Source: Dictyostelium discoideum (Eukaryota). From it: a stretch of 64,000 nucleotides of DNA. Shown in pieces: positions 1 through 12,457 of this stretch (positions within the stretch are counted from its first letter, which is position 1; every line of letters starts with the position of its first letter). The translations under genes were made by a program, and so were the position numbers. The stretch is from NCBI GenBank assembly GCA_000004695.1, contig CM000155.2, positions 3,360,001 through 3,424,000 of the forward strand, given 5' to 3'. Under the pieces are notes generated by a model. That model was not told the origin of the DNA and searched no databases. It worked only from the letters and a program-made list of their open reading frames with translations.

Positions 1-2
1 AT

Positions 3-920
3 CAGAAAGCAAATGCATCAGATAATGATACTGCAAAAACTCAAATCTTTGAAAAATATCAACGATTTTGGAGAATGTTAGAAATCTTATCCGAACAACA
101 TATAGTACGTGCAAATGATTTAATTCAAGAGGTTTTCGATGAACAACCTGAAGAAATGGATTCTTACTTTCAAGATAATATAATTTATTTCTTGGTTGGT
201 ACAATCATTGAACAACAAGCAATAGCAAGAGATGGTAGTGGTAGTATTAGTGGTAACCAAAAACAAATTAAAAAGTCACAAAAAAAAGAAGATCAACAAC
301 AATCACAAAAACAACAAAAACAACAACAACAACAACAACAACAACTACAACAACAACAACAACAACAACAACCAATTGATTTAATACCATCACCATCAAT
401 TGAATTGGTTAAAGTTGAAGGTGACGATTGCTTTGTTGATTTAAATAATAATCATATCGTTGATAATTCAGTACCAATTGTTGATGAACGTACAGTTGTT
501 GATGATTCAGATTTAGGTGATTTAGTTGTAGCGGCTACTCAAATTCCAAATAGTACATTCTATAATTTGGTTTGTTTTTCATCACCACGTATTCTCTATG
601 CAGTTCAATTATTAATCATGGATAATCGTTTAAAACTTCAACGTGATGCAATTGAAAAGTACTTTAAAAAGAAAGATTTAAAAGATGATAAAAAGGAATT
701 AGAAGAAGAGAAATCAATTAAACAAATTGAATTTGAAAAAATCACAACTAGATTAGATTCATTAGTTGCAAACTCAAAAGAATGGGTAAAATTCATTGGT
801 GATGATGATTTTGTTAAAAGAACAGATTATTTAATTAAAAAAGAAACTGAATTATTAAATCAAATTGAACAATTAAATGAAAAAATCTTTAAACTAGAAG
901 TTGAATTAGATAATTTATAA
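3..920 (+). CDS. hypothetical poly-Gln, acidic/coiled-coil protein, with its 5' end outside the window
   Basis: The frame is open from the window start (QKANASDNDTAKTQIFEKYQRFWRMLEI...) to a TAA at 918-920. It has a (CAA)n poly-Q run and a C-terminal heptad-like K/E-rich segment. I recognise no family. Confidence 0.5.
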   Translation, partial: QKANASDNDTAKTQIFEKYQRFWRMLEILSEQHIVRANDLIQEVFDEQPEEMDSYFQDNIIYFLVGTIIEQQAIARDGSGSISGNQKQIKKSQKKEDQQQSQKQQKQQQQQQQQLQQQQQQQQPIDLIPSPSIELVKVEGDDCFVDLNNNHIVDNSVPIVDERTVVDDSDLGDLVVAATQIPNSTFYNLVCFSSPRILYAVQLLIMDNRLKLQRDAIEKYFKKKDLKDDKKELEEEKSIKQIEFEKITTRLDSLVANSKEWVKFIGDDDFVKRTDYLIKKETELLNQIEQLNEKIFKLEVELDNL

Positions 921-1017
921 ATAATAAATAATTAAAATAAATAAATAATTAATTAATTTTATTTTTTTATTTCTTTTTTTTTTTTTTTATTTTTTATTTA
1001 TTTTTTTTTTTTTTTTT

Positions 1018-2088
1018 TTATGAATGAACTGTTAAATTTAAAGTTGAAGCTTTTCTTTTTAAATTTAAATTTTCTTGTAATTCTTTTTGATTTTTAATTT
1101 TTTTTGCTTTACAAATACATCTAAAACATAAAATTAAACGAATTGATTTTATAATCATAACTCTAATTGATAATACATAGAAACTAACGTATAATTCATT
1201 ATTTGACATTGAATTATTTCTAAAAACACAACCATTAACTTTATAATGTTGTGGAAAAAATAAAAATTGTTTATATTGAGTAATTATTGATATTACTAAA
1301 AAGAATTCCATTAAATAATATAAAATTTCAAATATTAATGATTTCTTATTTTTAAAATAAAATACTGGTAATAAGAAAATTGAATCTATAAATATTAAAA
1401 TCGAATAAACTAATCCTGCACATAAAAATGATACTGTTTTTTCCCTTTGTTCATTATTATAATCACTTTCCAATTCTTTATTATAATCAATATTTATATA
1501 TGGTGTTGTTACATAAATATTTTTACTACAAATTTCATAACCTTTTTTTTTTAGGAAAAAAAAAAAAAAAAAAAGAATAAAAAATAAAAAATAAAAAATA
1601 AAAATAAATAAAAGGTTACTATAAATATATATTATATATTATAATGTTATTAATTTTTGTTTATATTTACCTAATTCATCCTTATATGAAACTTTAAACC
1701 AAGGGACTTAAAAAAAAAAAAAAATTAATTATTTGAAATAAATAAATAAAAATATTAATATGTAAAAAATAAAATAATAATATTTTAAAATAAAATATTT
1801 ACAACCCAAAATAATTGCACCAAGTATTATACTTGGAACTAAAAGGAAAAAAAAGTCACAACAACTTCCTTTATTTAATGTTCTTAATTGTTTATTATAT
1901 TCTCTATCAATTTCAGATTGTGATTTTAATTTTTCATCATTATTATTATTTTCAATGTCATCATTGTGATTGTTATTAATAGTTAATAAATTTCCATCAT
2001 CTGTAATCACTCCTGAATTTAATATTGTTCTTGTATTATTTTCAATTTCAAATTGTAATTGTTGTAATTGAATTAATTGTGATCCCAT
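1018..2088 (-). CDS. 4-TM membrane protein, paralog A of a tandem pair. The exons are complement(join(1018..1541,1803..2088)).
   Basis: The ATG is at 2086-2088. Exon 1 ends ...ILGCKYF with donor GTAAAT (phase 1), and the acceptor (A)10AG lies before GTTATGAAA. Exon 2 encodes hydrophobic helices. Both exons are clearly similar to the 2954..4014 gene (GCKYFIL motif, VS(L/F)..LFLD motif), and the intron is at the same position and phase. Confidence 0.55.
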
Positions 2089-2869
2089 TTTTTTTTACTA
2101 AAAAATTTTTTTTTGGAATTATTACTTGTATATTTTTAAAAAAAAAAAAAAAAAAATTATACTAATTCCTATTTTATGGAATTTTTATTACTATAATTAT
2201 TATTATTATTATTTACACAAAAATACTAAAATTATGAATTTTTAAGTACAATAATTCAAAAATAATAATAATAATATTATTATTAAAAATAAAAATAAAA
2301 ATAAAAATAAAAATATTAAAAATAAATGAATAAAAAAAGCTCACATATAAATTCAAACATCACACTACATAAATTCAATTATTTAAAAAAAAAAAAAAAA
2401 GCAGATTTGTACATATTTTTTAATGTTGGGTTTATATGATAAAGGGGTGGATATATAAAAAAAAAATAATAAAAAAAAAAAATAAAAAAAATAATATTAA
2501 ATAAAAAAAATAAAAAAGCACATATTTCAAACATCACCACTACATTATTCCTATTATTAAAAAAAAGAGATTGTGCACAACTTTATTTTTTTTTGAATTA
2601 ATATGTGAAGGGGGGGGGGGGGTAAAGATTTACTTTTAAATTTAAAAATAGTAACAAAAAAAAAAAAAAAAAAAATTTCTATCCAAATTTAGCAATCAAA
2701 TGTTTTGTTTTGTTTTTTTTTTATTTAATATTTTTAACTACCATTTTCAATTTATGAAGTTTTTTTTAATTATTTAATAATAATTTATTCCCAAAATTTT
2801 TTATGATATATTTAAAAATAAAAATCGAATTAGATTTATTGTTTAAAAAATAAAATAAAATTAAGTTTA

Positions 2870-2924
<55 letters not shown>

Positions 2925-2953
2925 GGTTAATAATTAATTGATTAATTAATAAT

Positions 2954-4013
2954 TTAATGTTCACTAAGATTTGATAAATCTTGACATGAAGTTGCAGCAA
3001 AGTTTAATGGACCTGTTGATTCATATAATCGGTGGGGTTGTTTTTTTTTCAATAAAAAATTTGATTTATAAATATAATAAAAACTAACTAAAATTCTAAT
3101 TAATTTTAATGCAGCTAATCTTGAAATTGCAAAAAAGAAAGCTGGACCTAAAAAATTTTCAAATGATGTTCTTCCAGTACATCCAGTTACTGCAAAACTA
3201 AATGGAATTAAATAATAACTTTTAAAAGTTGATAAAATTACAATCAATAATGACCAATCTAAACAATAATAAATTAATTCTGGTATCATTGAATAATATG
3301 ATTTAAACAATACCACTGGAATTACCATTAATACATCTAAAAATAATAAAATACTACTAACTAATGATACTGTTAAAACCTTATACCCTTTTTGATATTC
3401 TTCCCAATAAATTTGGTCAGTTTTTTGTAATGGTGGTTTTTCATCTCCCAAATGAATATCTTTTTCACAAACTTGATTTCCTTTTGAATCATAAAATGAT
3501 GTTTTAAACCATGGTACTTTTTTTTTAAAAAATAAAATAAAATAAAATAAAATAAAATAAAATAAAATAAAATAAATTAATATTTTATATATATTTTTTT
3601 TTTTGGCAAATAAAAAAAAAAAAAAAGAATAAAATACTTACAACCTAACATCATACCACCAAAGAAAATACTAATCATGACATAGAAAATAAAAACAAAA
3701 ATAAAATAATTATTTCTTAATTTTTTTAATTCTAAATCATAGTGAAAATTTGTTGAATTCATTTTTTTAGGATCTTCAATACAATCTCTTCCTTTTTGAT
3801 TTTTATCAAAATAATTTTTATTATTTTTATTATTTTCATTATTGTTATTACAAATCGTTATTTGATCGTCAATTATATTATTTGCACCATTCATTGATTC
3901 AATTTCTTTAACATGACAATTTTTATTATTAATATTATTATTATTATTATTATTGTTACAATTATTATTATTGTCTGAAACTTCATAGGAAATTTCTTGC
4001 ATTGAAATATTCA

Positions 4014-4014
<1 letters not shown>
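2954..4014 (-). CDS. 4-TM membrane protein, paralog B of a tandem pair. The exons are complement(join(2954..3516,3642..4014)).
   Basis: The ATG is at 4012-4014. Exon 1 ends ...MMLGCKYF, with GTAAGT donor partner at 3636-3641 and acceptor A9G at 3517-3518. The exon-2 frame continues into the track ORF 2954..3451 (PWFKTSFYDSKGNQVCEKDIHLGDEKPP...). It has an N-rich N-terminus and four predicted TM helices. Confidence 0.6.
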
Positions 4015-4044
<30 letters not shown>

Positions 4045-4715
4045 TTAAAATAAATAAAATATATAAAATGATGAGAAAGTGTATAAATAAATATGATTTT
4101 GTTATAAATAAAAATAATTTAATTAAATTTAAAAAAAAAATAAAAAATAAAAAAAAAAAATAAAAATTGATGGGTTTTTTAATAAATGTGTGAATTGTAT
4201 AAATAAAAATAAATAAAAATATTTACAAAACAATAAATAAAAAAATAAATAAATAAATAAAATAAATAAAAAAAATAAATAAAAATAAATAGATAGATTT
4301 ATTAATTAAATTATTAAATGAACTTTTTTTTGAAATCAAATAAAAATAAAATTAAATAATTAAAATTAAAAATTTAAAATATTTGATTAAATTTAATAAT
4401 GATCTAAATTAAAATATTGGTAGTTTTACAAATAAAAAAAAAAATAATAACTAAAATAAAATAAAATGAGATGTGATGTTATTTTTTTTTTTTTAAAATT
4501 TTAAAATAAAAAAAAAAATAAAAATAAAAATTAATAAAAAAAAAAACAATAAAAAAAAAAATAACATTAATTTTTTGAATGAAGATGATTATAATAAATC
4601 GATTGATAAAATTAAATATTAAATGTGTTGAAAAAAAAAAAAAGCTGAAACATACAATGTATCTTTTTATTTTTGTTTTTTTTTTTTTTAAACAATTTTT
4701 TTTTTTTTTTTTTTT

Positions 4716-4815
4716 NNNNNNNNNNNNNNNNNNNNNNNNNNNNNNNNNNNNNNNNNNNNNNNNNNNNNNNNNNNNNNNNNNNNNNNNNNNNNNNNNNNNN
4801 NNNNNNNNNNNNNNN
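4716..4815. other. assembly gap (100 N)
   Basis: A literal run of n. Confidence 1.
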
Positions 4816-5379
4816 TTTTGGGTGCGAGGGGTGTTGTTGTGTTTTGTTGGTAGGGGGGGTGGTGGGGGTAGTGAGAGGGAGGAGGTGGGGAGAGTGTGGG
4901 GGTGTGGGGTGTATTTTGAGGAGGGGAGGGGAGGTGGGAAAGGTGAGGTTGTTGTGTGGTTGATATGGGTGGGTGGGGTGGGGGGTGGGTGTTGGGAAAG
5001 GTGGTAAGAAAGAGGAATAGTAAGGGGGGATGGAAGGGGTGGGGGGGTTTGGTGGAAGAAGGGGGGGGGAGAGGAATTTTTGGGGTATTTGGATTTAAAA
5101 GAAAGGGGGGGTATGAGTGTATTTTGCGCCAAAGGGGGGGATTTTTGGGGGGGGGGTTATTTCCCCTTTCCCCTTTTAACCCCCTTTTAATTTGGGAAAA
5201 AAAAAAAAAAAAAAAAAAATTTTTTTTGGGGGGTTTTGGGGGAAAAAATTTTAAAATTTTTTTTTAAAAAGGGTTTTTTTAAATTTTTTTTTAAAAAAAA
5301 AGGAAAAAAAAAAAAAAAAAAAAAGGATTTTTTTTTTTGGGGTTTTTGGCAATCCTTAAAAAAATTCCTTTATTTAATA

Positions 5380-5420
<41 letters not shown>

Positions 5421-5460
5421 CAGAACCCGCAACACAAACTTTTTTTTTTTTTACAATTAA
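4816..5460. other. anomalous G-rich, homopolymer-stutter island next to the gap (probably low-quality read or misassembly; alternatively G-run repeat)
   Basis: The plus strand is roughly 60% G over 4816-5200 (GGGTGGGGTGGGGGG, GAGGGAGGAGG blocks). This grades into alternating short homopolymer blocks (aaaa tttt gggg cccc) over 5100-5400, then ordinary AT-rich DNA. This is completely atypical for the surrounding ~22% GC genome. Confidence 0.6.
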
Positions 5461-5502
<42 letters not shown>

Positions 5503-5827
5503 TTTTATTTTTTTTTTATTTTTATTTTTATTTTTATTTTTTTTTTTTGTACATGTTCTACCCACTACCACTCAAAACAAAACCCACATTAAAATAAAAA
5601 TAGAAATTAAAAAAATCATTTCGTTCACATTGATCTTGTTATCATTTCATCCTCTATAATTTTTTTTTTTTTTTTTTTTTCTTTTTTTTTTTTTTTGTAA
5701 ATATATCTAAAAACCAAAGACAAATTCAAATAAAATCATCTCAATTCACCCAATCTAAAAATAAACTTTTTTTACAAAATAAAAAAATAAAAAATAAAAA
5801 TAAAAATAAAAATAAAAAAATAAATAA

Positions 5828-6079
5828 ATGTCAAACAAAAGAAAACAAGAAGAAGAAGAAGAAGAGGAAGGATATGAATATGAAGAATATGAACATGAAC
5901 GGGAGGAAGAGGAAGAAGAAGATGAAATTAAAGATAATTCAAAACATAAAAATGGTAATAAACCAACTAAAACAACAACTACAACTACAACTACAACTAC
6001 CACCACCACAATACCAAATTCAAAAAATAAAACAACTTCTACTCCAACTATAACAACAAGTCCAAAATTAAAAGGAAAA

Positions 6080-6117
<38 letters not shown>

Positions 6118-7131
6118 TAATAATAAAAATGAAAATGAAAATGAAAATAAAATTGAAAAAGATAAACATTTAACAATTCATGAAGAACGTCAAAAAAAGA
6201 GAGAAGCATGTAATAGATTCATTAAAAATCCAGAACCATTATTAAAATTAATTAAAACTATTATATTTGAGTATCAAATTAAATCAGAGATTTCATTCAC
6301 TCAATTAAAAGAGGTATGGAAACAATTTGGATCTGAAACTTTTAAAATATTTTTTGAAGCTCAAACTATAAATCATGAAGTGATTCATATACTTTATTAT
6401 GGTGTTTTAGGTTATACACTTTTAGATCAACCTATTAATGGTAAAGCTTGTATCATATTCTTACTTTATATTTTATATAATTCACAAATTTGTTCACCAA
6501 AACAACAAATTGTTTTAACAATTAGTATGTAATAATTAAAATATATATATTTTATATTTTTATATATATTTATATATATATACATATACTAAATATTTTT
6601 TTTTTTTTTTTTTTTTTTTTTTAGATATGTGGGAAAAGTTATTAGGATATTTCAATGAATTTAAAGAACAAGAAATTGTTGAAGCATATCAAGCATTTAG
6701 ATCATTAAGAACATCTGGTGCATTTGTATTTTCAGCTACACTTCATCCAGTTTCAACAATGAATATATTTAAAACCAATAGTATTGCATTGAAATCATCA
6801 GTAATTCCACCAGATTTAGTTGGTCAAGATACAACAAAATCTTTAAAAGAATTGTCAGAATTAGAAAGAATTCATAATGCTTATAACTCTGCTAAAATGG
6901 GTGAAAATGTAAATTATTATTAATATTATTATTATTATTATTATTTTATTTTTTTCATTAAACTAATTATTTTTTATTTTTTATTTTTTTTTTATATTGC
7001 AGGGAGTTATACCTTCATCATTAAATATTATAAATTCAAATTTTTCAAATGAAACAAAAGAATATACAGAACAAAATACTTATGTCAAATTCACAAAATT
7101 ATGGGAATCAAAAACGCCTGGTATGCCTTAG
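5828..7131 (+). CDS. SNAPC1 (SNAP43)-like protein with an acidic, Thr/Asn-rich N-terminus. The exons are join(5828..6524,6625..6908,7003..7131); the third exon is tentative.
   Basis: The ATG is at 5828. The donor GTATGT is at 6525 (phase 1) and the acceptor TTAG is at 6621-6624 with a matching frame (N then MWEKLLGYF...). The conserved core CIIFLLYILYNSQ ... EAYQAFRSLRTSGAFVFSATLHP resembles the SNAPC1 N-terminal domain, judged from memory. An optional GTAAAT donor at 6909 and a GCAG acceptor at 7001-7002 add 43 codons. Confidence 0.45.
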
Positions 7132-7294
7132 AGTGCAACATATAATAAGAAAGATTTCTTTTTTTTTATTTTTTTTATTTTTATTTTTTTTTTTATTTCA
7201 ATCTTTTTTTTTTTTTTTTATTTATTTATTTTTAACACAAAATCAATCAATTTATTTTATTTTTATTTTTATTTTTATTTTTATTTTTATTTTT

Positions 7295-8430
7295 TTAATT
7301 AAATAAAGTATTCCAAACCTTTTTAAAAACATATTTTGTTTTACATATTATACCATCACATGGTGGTGGACTCTTTGTTTGTTTGGGTGTTGGTGTAGGT
7401 GTGGATGTTGGTTTTGATGTTGGTTTGGGTGTTGATGTTGGTTTGGGTGTTGGTGTGGGTGTTGGTGTTAATGTTGGTGTTGGAGTTGGAGTTGGTTTAG
7501 ATGTTTTAATAATTGATGCCCTACAACCAATATTTGGATCACAAAAGAAAGATTTATTTGGATCATTATCATTTAGTTCTTTGGAACAGAATTTTGAATC
7601 TTTTTCAATGCAAGTACTATTTGAACAAACACCAGTATGACATTTACCATTACATTTCATTGGTTCACCTATTGCTTCAAATTTACCAGTTATTGGATTA
7701 CACTTTAAATCATTTAAACATTTATCAATTGGCTTTAAATTTATCTCTTTTTCAATATGAATGCAATAAGATTTCATATTAAATGATGAAAATTCAGAAT
7801 CTTCAAAAAATGTATCAATAGGTGGACAAAAATCAAATGTACATTCATTACCATCATCACAAGTTTTTTGATCACAATAATATTTACATTCATCACTATC
7901 TCTATTACAACTCTAAATATTTAAATAAAATAAATAATATATATATAATTAATGAATTTATTTTATTTTATTATTTTTTTATTTTATTTACTTACACAAT
8001 CATTAATTGGACAACCAAAATCAAAACTAGTTTCTAATTTAAAATTTGAAGATGTTGTATGTCTTTCACAATAAAAGAAATCAAAATTATAATAATTATT
8101 TTTAGCTAAACCTAATCTTGATAAGTATACTGTATCAGAGGATTCCTTTTGATGTAAACCACCTAAATCAATAACTAATTTATCATTAATGAAAACATAA
8201 ACATCATCATCACCAGTGAATCTAATAAACTCTTCATTTAAATTTGTACCATTAAAATATAATTTATTATTAAATTTTAAACAAAAATGATAATTATGTA
8301 TTTTACCATCTGAATCTTTATAAGATTTTATTGAATTTGTTGGAATTGATAATGTTAAATTATTATTTGTATCAATTGGAAAGAATTTATCACTTTCAAA
8401 TTCAATTAATCCAGTTTTTTGGTTTTTTAA
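7295..8430 (-). CDS. PA14-domain secreted protein with a Cys-rich region and a Thr-Pro linker. The 5' end is lost in the gap. The exons are complement(join(7295..7912,7996..>8430)).
   Basis: The upstream exon encodes NGTNLNEEFIRFTGDDDVYVFINDKLVIDLGGLHQKESSDTVYLSRLGL, a PA14 signature as in the Dictyostelium psi/PA14 family. An 83-bp intron runs 7913-7995 (GTAAGT to TATTTAG), in phase 0. The downstream exon carries many Cys plus a (TP)n/(KPTS)n tract and stops with TAA at 7295-7297. The exon frame hits a stop near 8430, no acceptor is visible before the N gap at 8464, and no signal-peptide exon is found. Confidence 0.6.
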
Positions 8431-8463
8431 TAAAATAATTTAATTAATTCAAAGGGTACCGAG

Positions 8464-8563
8464 NNNNNNNNNNNNNNNNNNNNNNNNNNNNNNNNNNNNN
8501 NNNNNNNNNNNNNNNNNNNNNNNNNNNNNNNNNNNNNNNNNNNNNNNNNNNNNNNNNNNNNNN
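8464..8563. other. assembly gap (100 N)
   Basis: A literal run of n, interrupting the 5' part of the PA14 gene. Confidence 1.
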
Positions 8564-8587
8564 TATTATTATTGTTGTTATTATTAA

Positions 8588-8638
<51 letters not shown>

Positions 8639-9649
8639 GATTATTATTTTTTTTTTTTTTTTTCACCTAAAAATGTAAATTTAAAAAAATTGTACAGCTA
8701 CAATAAAGGAAAGTCCACATGTGTCAACATTCGATTTTTAAGAGATAAATTGGGGGTATTAGGATATAAATAATTTGAATTTTAAATATTAAAAATAGCA
8801 ATAAAAAAAAAAGTGTGGGTGCACTAATTTTATTGGATGTTGCCCATTAAAATCAATTGTAGTTACAAAAATAATAATTTATCTCTTTTGTGAGATATAT
8901 TTCAAAAATAAATAAATAAAAAAATAATAAAAATAAATAAATAATTAAAAAAATAAAAAAAATAATTAAAAATAATAAAAAAAATTAAACAAACCAATGA
9001 TTTTTTATATTATATTATATCATCAAATATGATTCAAAAAATAAATTTAAAATAAATAAAAAAAAAAAAAAAATAATATATTAAAAATTGTGTGTGTTTG
9101 TTTTAAATTTAATTTTTTTTTTTTTTTTTACTTATTAATTCAAATTGGTATTTTTTTAGTATATTTTTTGAATACCACTCCGAAAAAATGTCACAAAAAA
9201 ATCTTTTTCTTTGGAAGCTTCTTCTGAGCTATTCAACCAAAAACGAATAAAAAAAAAAAAAATATTTTGTTAAAGGTTGCAAAAATGATCATTTTTTATT
9301 ATTGATTTTTTTTTTTTTTTTGGATTTTGATATTTTATTTTTGATTTTTTTTTTTTTTTATGACGTTAATTCGCACCCTACTACGGTTTTTTTACGACTT
9401 TTCCAAAAAAACAAACTTCACCAAAGGGTTTTTTTTAATTTATTTTTTTTTGGATTTTTTTTTTTTTGGATTAATTCACCACTGGTATTCAAAATTTTCA
9501 AATCAACTTTCCGAAGACATCACTGTTTGCTTTTCTTTTTATTATTTTTTTTTTTTTTTTTCATTTTGAAGTTTCTTTTTTTTATTTTTTTTTTATTTCA
9601 TTATTCTCTTCATTTTAAACATTAACATCAATTACAAATAAATAAAGAA

Positions 9650-11221
9650 ATGAAAGTTTTAAATTTTATAATATTATTATTTATTAGTTGTTTATTTATT
9701 AATTATTCAAAATCACAAGATGAAACACCAATTACATTAATTGTAAATCCAAATAATAATAATACATATATTGTTGGTGAAAAATGTGGCATTGATACAT
9801 TTACATGTAATTCAATTAGTGATGCAGTTGCATACTTTAATTCAATTGCAGTATTAGTAGATAATGGAACTATTTATCAACAATTAAATATAAAATTATC
9901 AAATGGTACTTATGGAATTAAAGAGAGTCAAGTTAATTTATTTTTATTTAATTGTACAATTTCACCATTGGATGAAGGTGTTAGTAATGTTATTTTCAAT
10001 GGTTATCAAAATCCATTAAATCAAACTCAATCAATGATTTCAGTTCATGGAAATGGTGAAGGTACAACATCAGTATTAATCAGTGGTATTACTTTCTTGT
10101 ATTTCAATCATTCAATTTGTAATATCGTATCAATTGATACCTATATAAATGTAACATTTGACCAATGTAATTTCGATGGATACCAAGTTCAAAGTAATAC
10201 ACACATGATTTCATTCTCTAGAATTAATCCACCAGATAATGCCACAATACCAACAAGTTGCTTAATAATTTCAAATTCCAATATTTTCAATACCGGTGGT
10301 AATAATAACACTTCATCATTCTCGAATAGTGATATTATTTCAGTCTCTGGTTTGAATGTTACATTGTATAATGTTTATATTAATAGTATTATTAATTCAT
10401 TACCACAATCAGTGTTAAAGGTTGATAGCAGTTATACAAACATTACCAATTGTAAATTCTCCAATATTTATACCTCACTCGGTGTAGTTTATGGCTTCAG
10501 TAGTAATATAACATTCTATAATTCAACATTTGACAGATTGTCAGCCGTGTCAGGTCCAGGTTTATTCAATCATATAGCAAGCAATAGTTACAATTCAACC
10601 TTTACAATGGCCTATTGTTTAGTTAGTAATTGCTATTCACCAACAAGTGCTGGTGTAATTTTATTAAATAATCCATTCTCTGTTGCTTTACCAAATAATT
10701 ATATTATGTATTCATCATTTAATTATAATAATGGCTCAAGTGGTGGTGTTTTATATAGTACAACTGTTCCTGTGAATTTTGATAATTGCATTTTCGATTC
10801 AAATAGTGCAGTAATGGGATCGATTGCACAAGTTATTAAAACATCATTATCTGTATCATATTCAACAATATTAATTTCAAATTCATCAAATTTACATAGT
10901 ATTGCTCTTGGTGGTACATTTGTATCTTGGTATTCCGATGCTACATTCACTTTTAATACATTTAGTGGAAAACTTGTTTCTTTTGAATGTACAAATTCAA
11001 CAATTGTTATTGAAAATTCAAAAAATTTAAATCCATATTATAATTGTTATAGTTGTAAACAAATATTTGTTAATTCAAATTCAATTTGTAAAGGTAGTAG
11101 TACAACTTCAACATTAAATTTTGGTAGTGATAGTAGTAATAGTAATTCTTTTAAATTAATTCCAAATTTTTCAATTTTAATTTTATTAATAACAATAATA
11201 ACAATATCATTTAATTTTTAA
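9650..11221 (+). CDS. secreted, probably GPI-anchored Asn-glycosylated surface protein (beta-helix-like repeats). Single exon.
   Basis: The ATG is at 9650. The N-terminal signal peptide is MKVLNFIILLFISCLFINYS, there are more than 30 N-x-S/T sequons, and the C-terminal hydrophobic tail (ILILLITIITISF) is typical of a GPI signal. There are repeated I/V-x-F/ N-x-T motifs. 523 aa. Confidence 0.65.
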   Translation: MKVLNFIILLFISCLFINYSKSQDETPITLIVNPNNNNTYIVGEKCGIDTFTCNSISDAVAYFNSIAVLVDNGTIYQQLNIKLSNGTYGIKESQVNLFLFNCTISPLDEGVSNVIFNGYQNPLNQTQSMISVHGNGEGTTSVLISGITFLYFNHSICNIVSIDTYINVTFDQCNFDGYQVQSNTHMISFSRINPPDNATIPTSCLIISNSNIFNTGGNNNTSSFSNSDIISVSGLNVTLYNVYINSIINSLPQSVLKVDSSYTNITNCKFSNIYTSLGVVYGFSSNITFYNSTFDRLSAVSGPGLFNHIASNSYNSTFTMAYCLVSNCYSPTSAGVILLNNPFSVALPNNYIMYSSFNYNNGSSGGVLYSTTVPVNFDNCIFDSNSAVMGSIAQVIKTSLSVSYSTILISNSSNLHSIALGGTFVSWYSDATFTFNTFSGKLVSFECTNSTIVIENSKNLNPYYNCYSCKQIFVNSNSICKGSSTTSTLNFGSDSSNSNSFKLIPNFSILILLITIITISFNF

Positions 11222-11530
11222 ATAAAAAAAAATAAATAAAAAATAAAATAAAAAATAAAAAAAAAATTAAAAACATGTTTTAAATAATTGTTTAAATAAA
11301 TAAATAAAAAATTATTAATTAAAAAAAACTTATTTTAATTTATTTAAAAAAAAAAAAAAAAAAATTGTTTTTCTATTTTTAAATTTTTTTTTTTTTGTGA
11401 TTATTATTTATTTTNTATAATTTTTTCCAAGCAAAAAAAAAAAAAATCAAAAAAAAAAAAAAATCGAAACAAAACAAAAAAAAAAAAAAATTTATTTATA
11501 CATATAAATACACCACACACGTAAATAAGA

Positions 11531-12419
11531 ATGCCAAGGCTTGATCATAAGAAAAACAAAGAAGAAAAAGATAATGAACCCTTAATGATGGTTAATAATT
11601 ACAATATAGGTATTCAAACTGATAATAACCAAGAAGATATTCAAAATGATTATCATCATTTTAATGATTTATCAATAAATATTAAAAATAATAAAAATAA
11701 TAATAACAATAATAATAAATGTAATAGTTTACATCATAAACATTATCATAATAGATTTATTATTAATGGTGGTAATAATAATAATGATAATAATAATAAT
11801 AATAATGGTGATGATTGTTGTGCCAATATTGAATTATTTGTAGATTTAATGTTATCAGAGAATGAATATATATTGTCAGGATTTAGATTACATACAAAGA
11901 ATTCATATATGGAATGTACAAAGAGTATATTTAAATTACATAATGATACATTAAATATATGGAGTCATTTATTGGGTGCTTTATTTTATTTAGTTTTATT
12001 TTTTACTTCAATTATTAAAATTATAAAATTAAATAATAATGATGGTGGTGGTGGTGGTGGTATTGGTAACAATTTTATATTAAATAGTGATGAAATTAAA
12101 TTATTAGAAACTATTGATTTACCATCAAATTTTAATTATTTATTTTTTCAATTAAGTTGTTTCATTTGTTTCTTATCTTCAACAATTTATCATACATATA
12201 GAAGTCATTCGATTGTAGTATTTAAAACAACTTTAATGTTGGATGTCGCTTCAATAGCTCTATTAATTCTATCTTCAGTTTGTTTAATTATTGATTCTGA
12301 ATTATCTTGTTGGCCATATTTTAAAAGAATTTATTTATTTTCTTTCTTAATTTTAATTTTAATTTCTTTTTTATCATTACCTAAAATTGTAAGTTTAAAA
12401 AAATAAAAATAAAAAAATG

Positions 12420-12457
<38 letters not shown>

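Noticed and set aside
4479-5571. Several ORFs (217 aa, 142 aa, 103 aa, 74 aa, 65 aa) over the gap and the G-rich/homopolymer island
   Set aside because: They translate N runs, G-run garbage and poly-A/T. Their composition (poly-G, poly-K, poly-F) is an artefact of the sequence texture.
7383-7640. Plus-strand 85-aa 'GVGV' ORF
   Set aside because: It is the antisense of the Thr-Pro (ACA/CCA) linker repeat of the PA14 gene.
8427-8666. ORF 'MKKKKKNNNHNNNN...XXXX...SVPFELIKLFY' across the N gap
   Set aside because: It starts at GTG, is translated through 100 N, and is made of A/AAT homopolymer runs. An in-frame TAG lies just upstream. It is not joinable to the PA14 exon.
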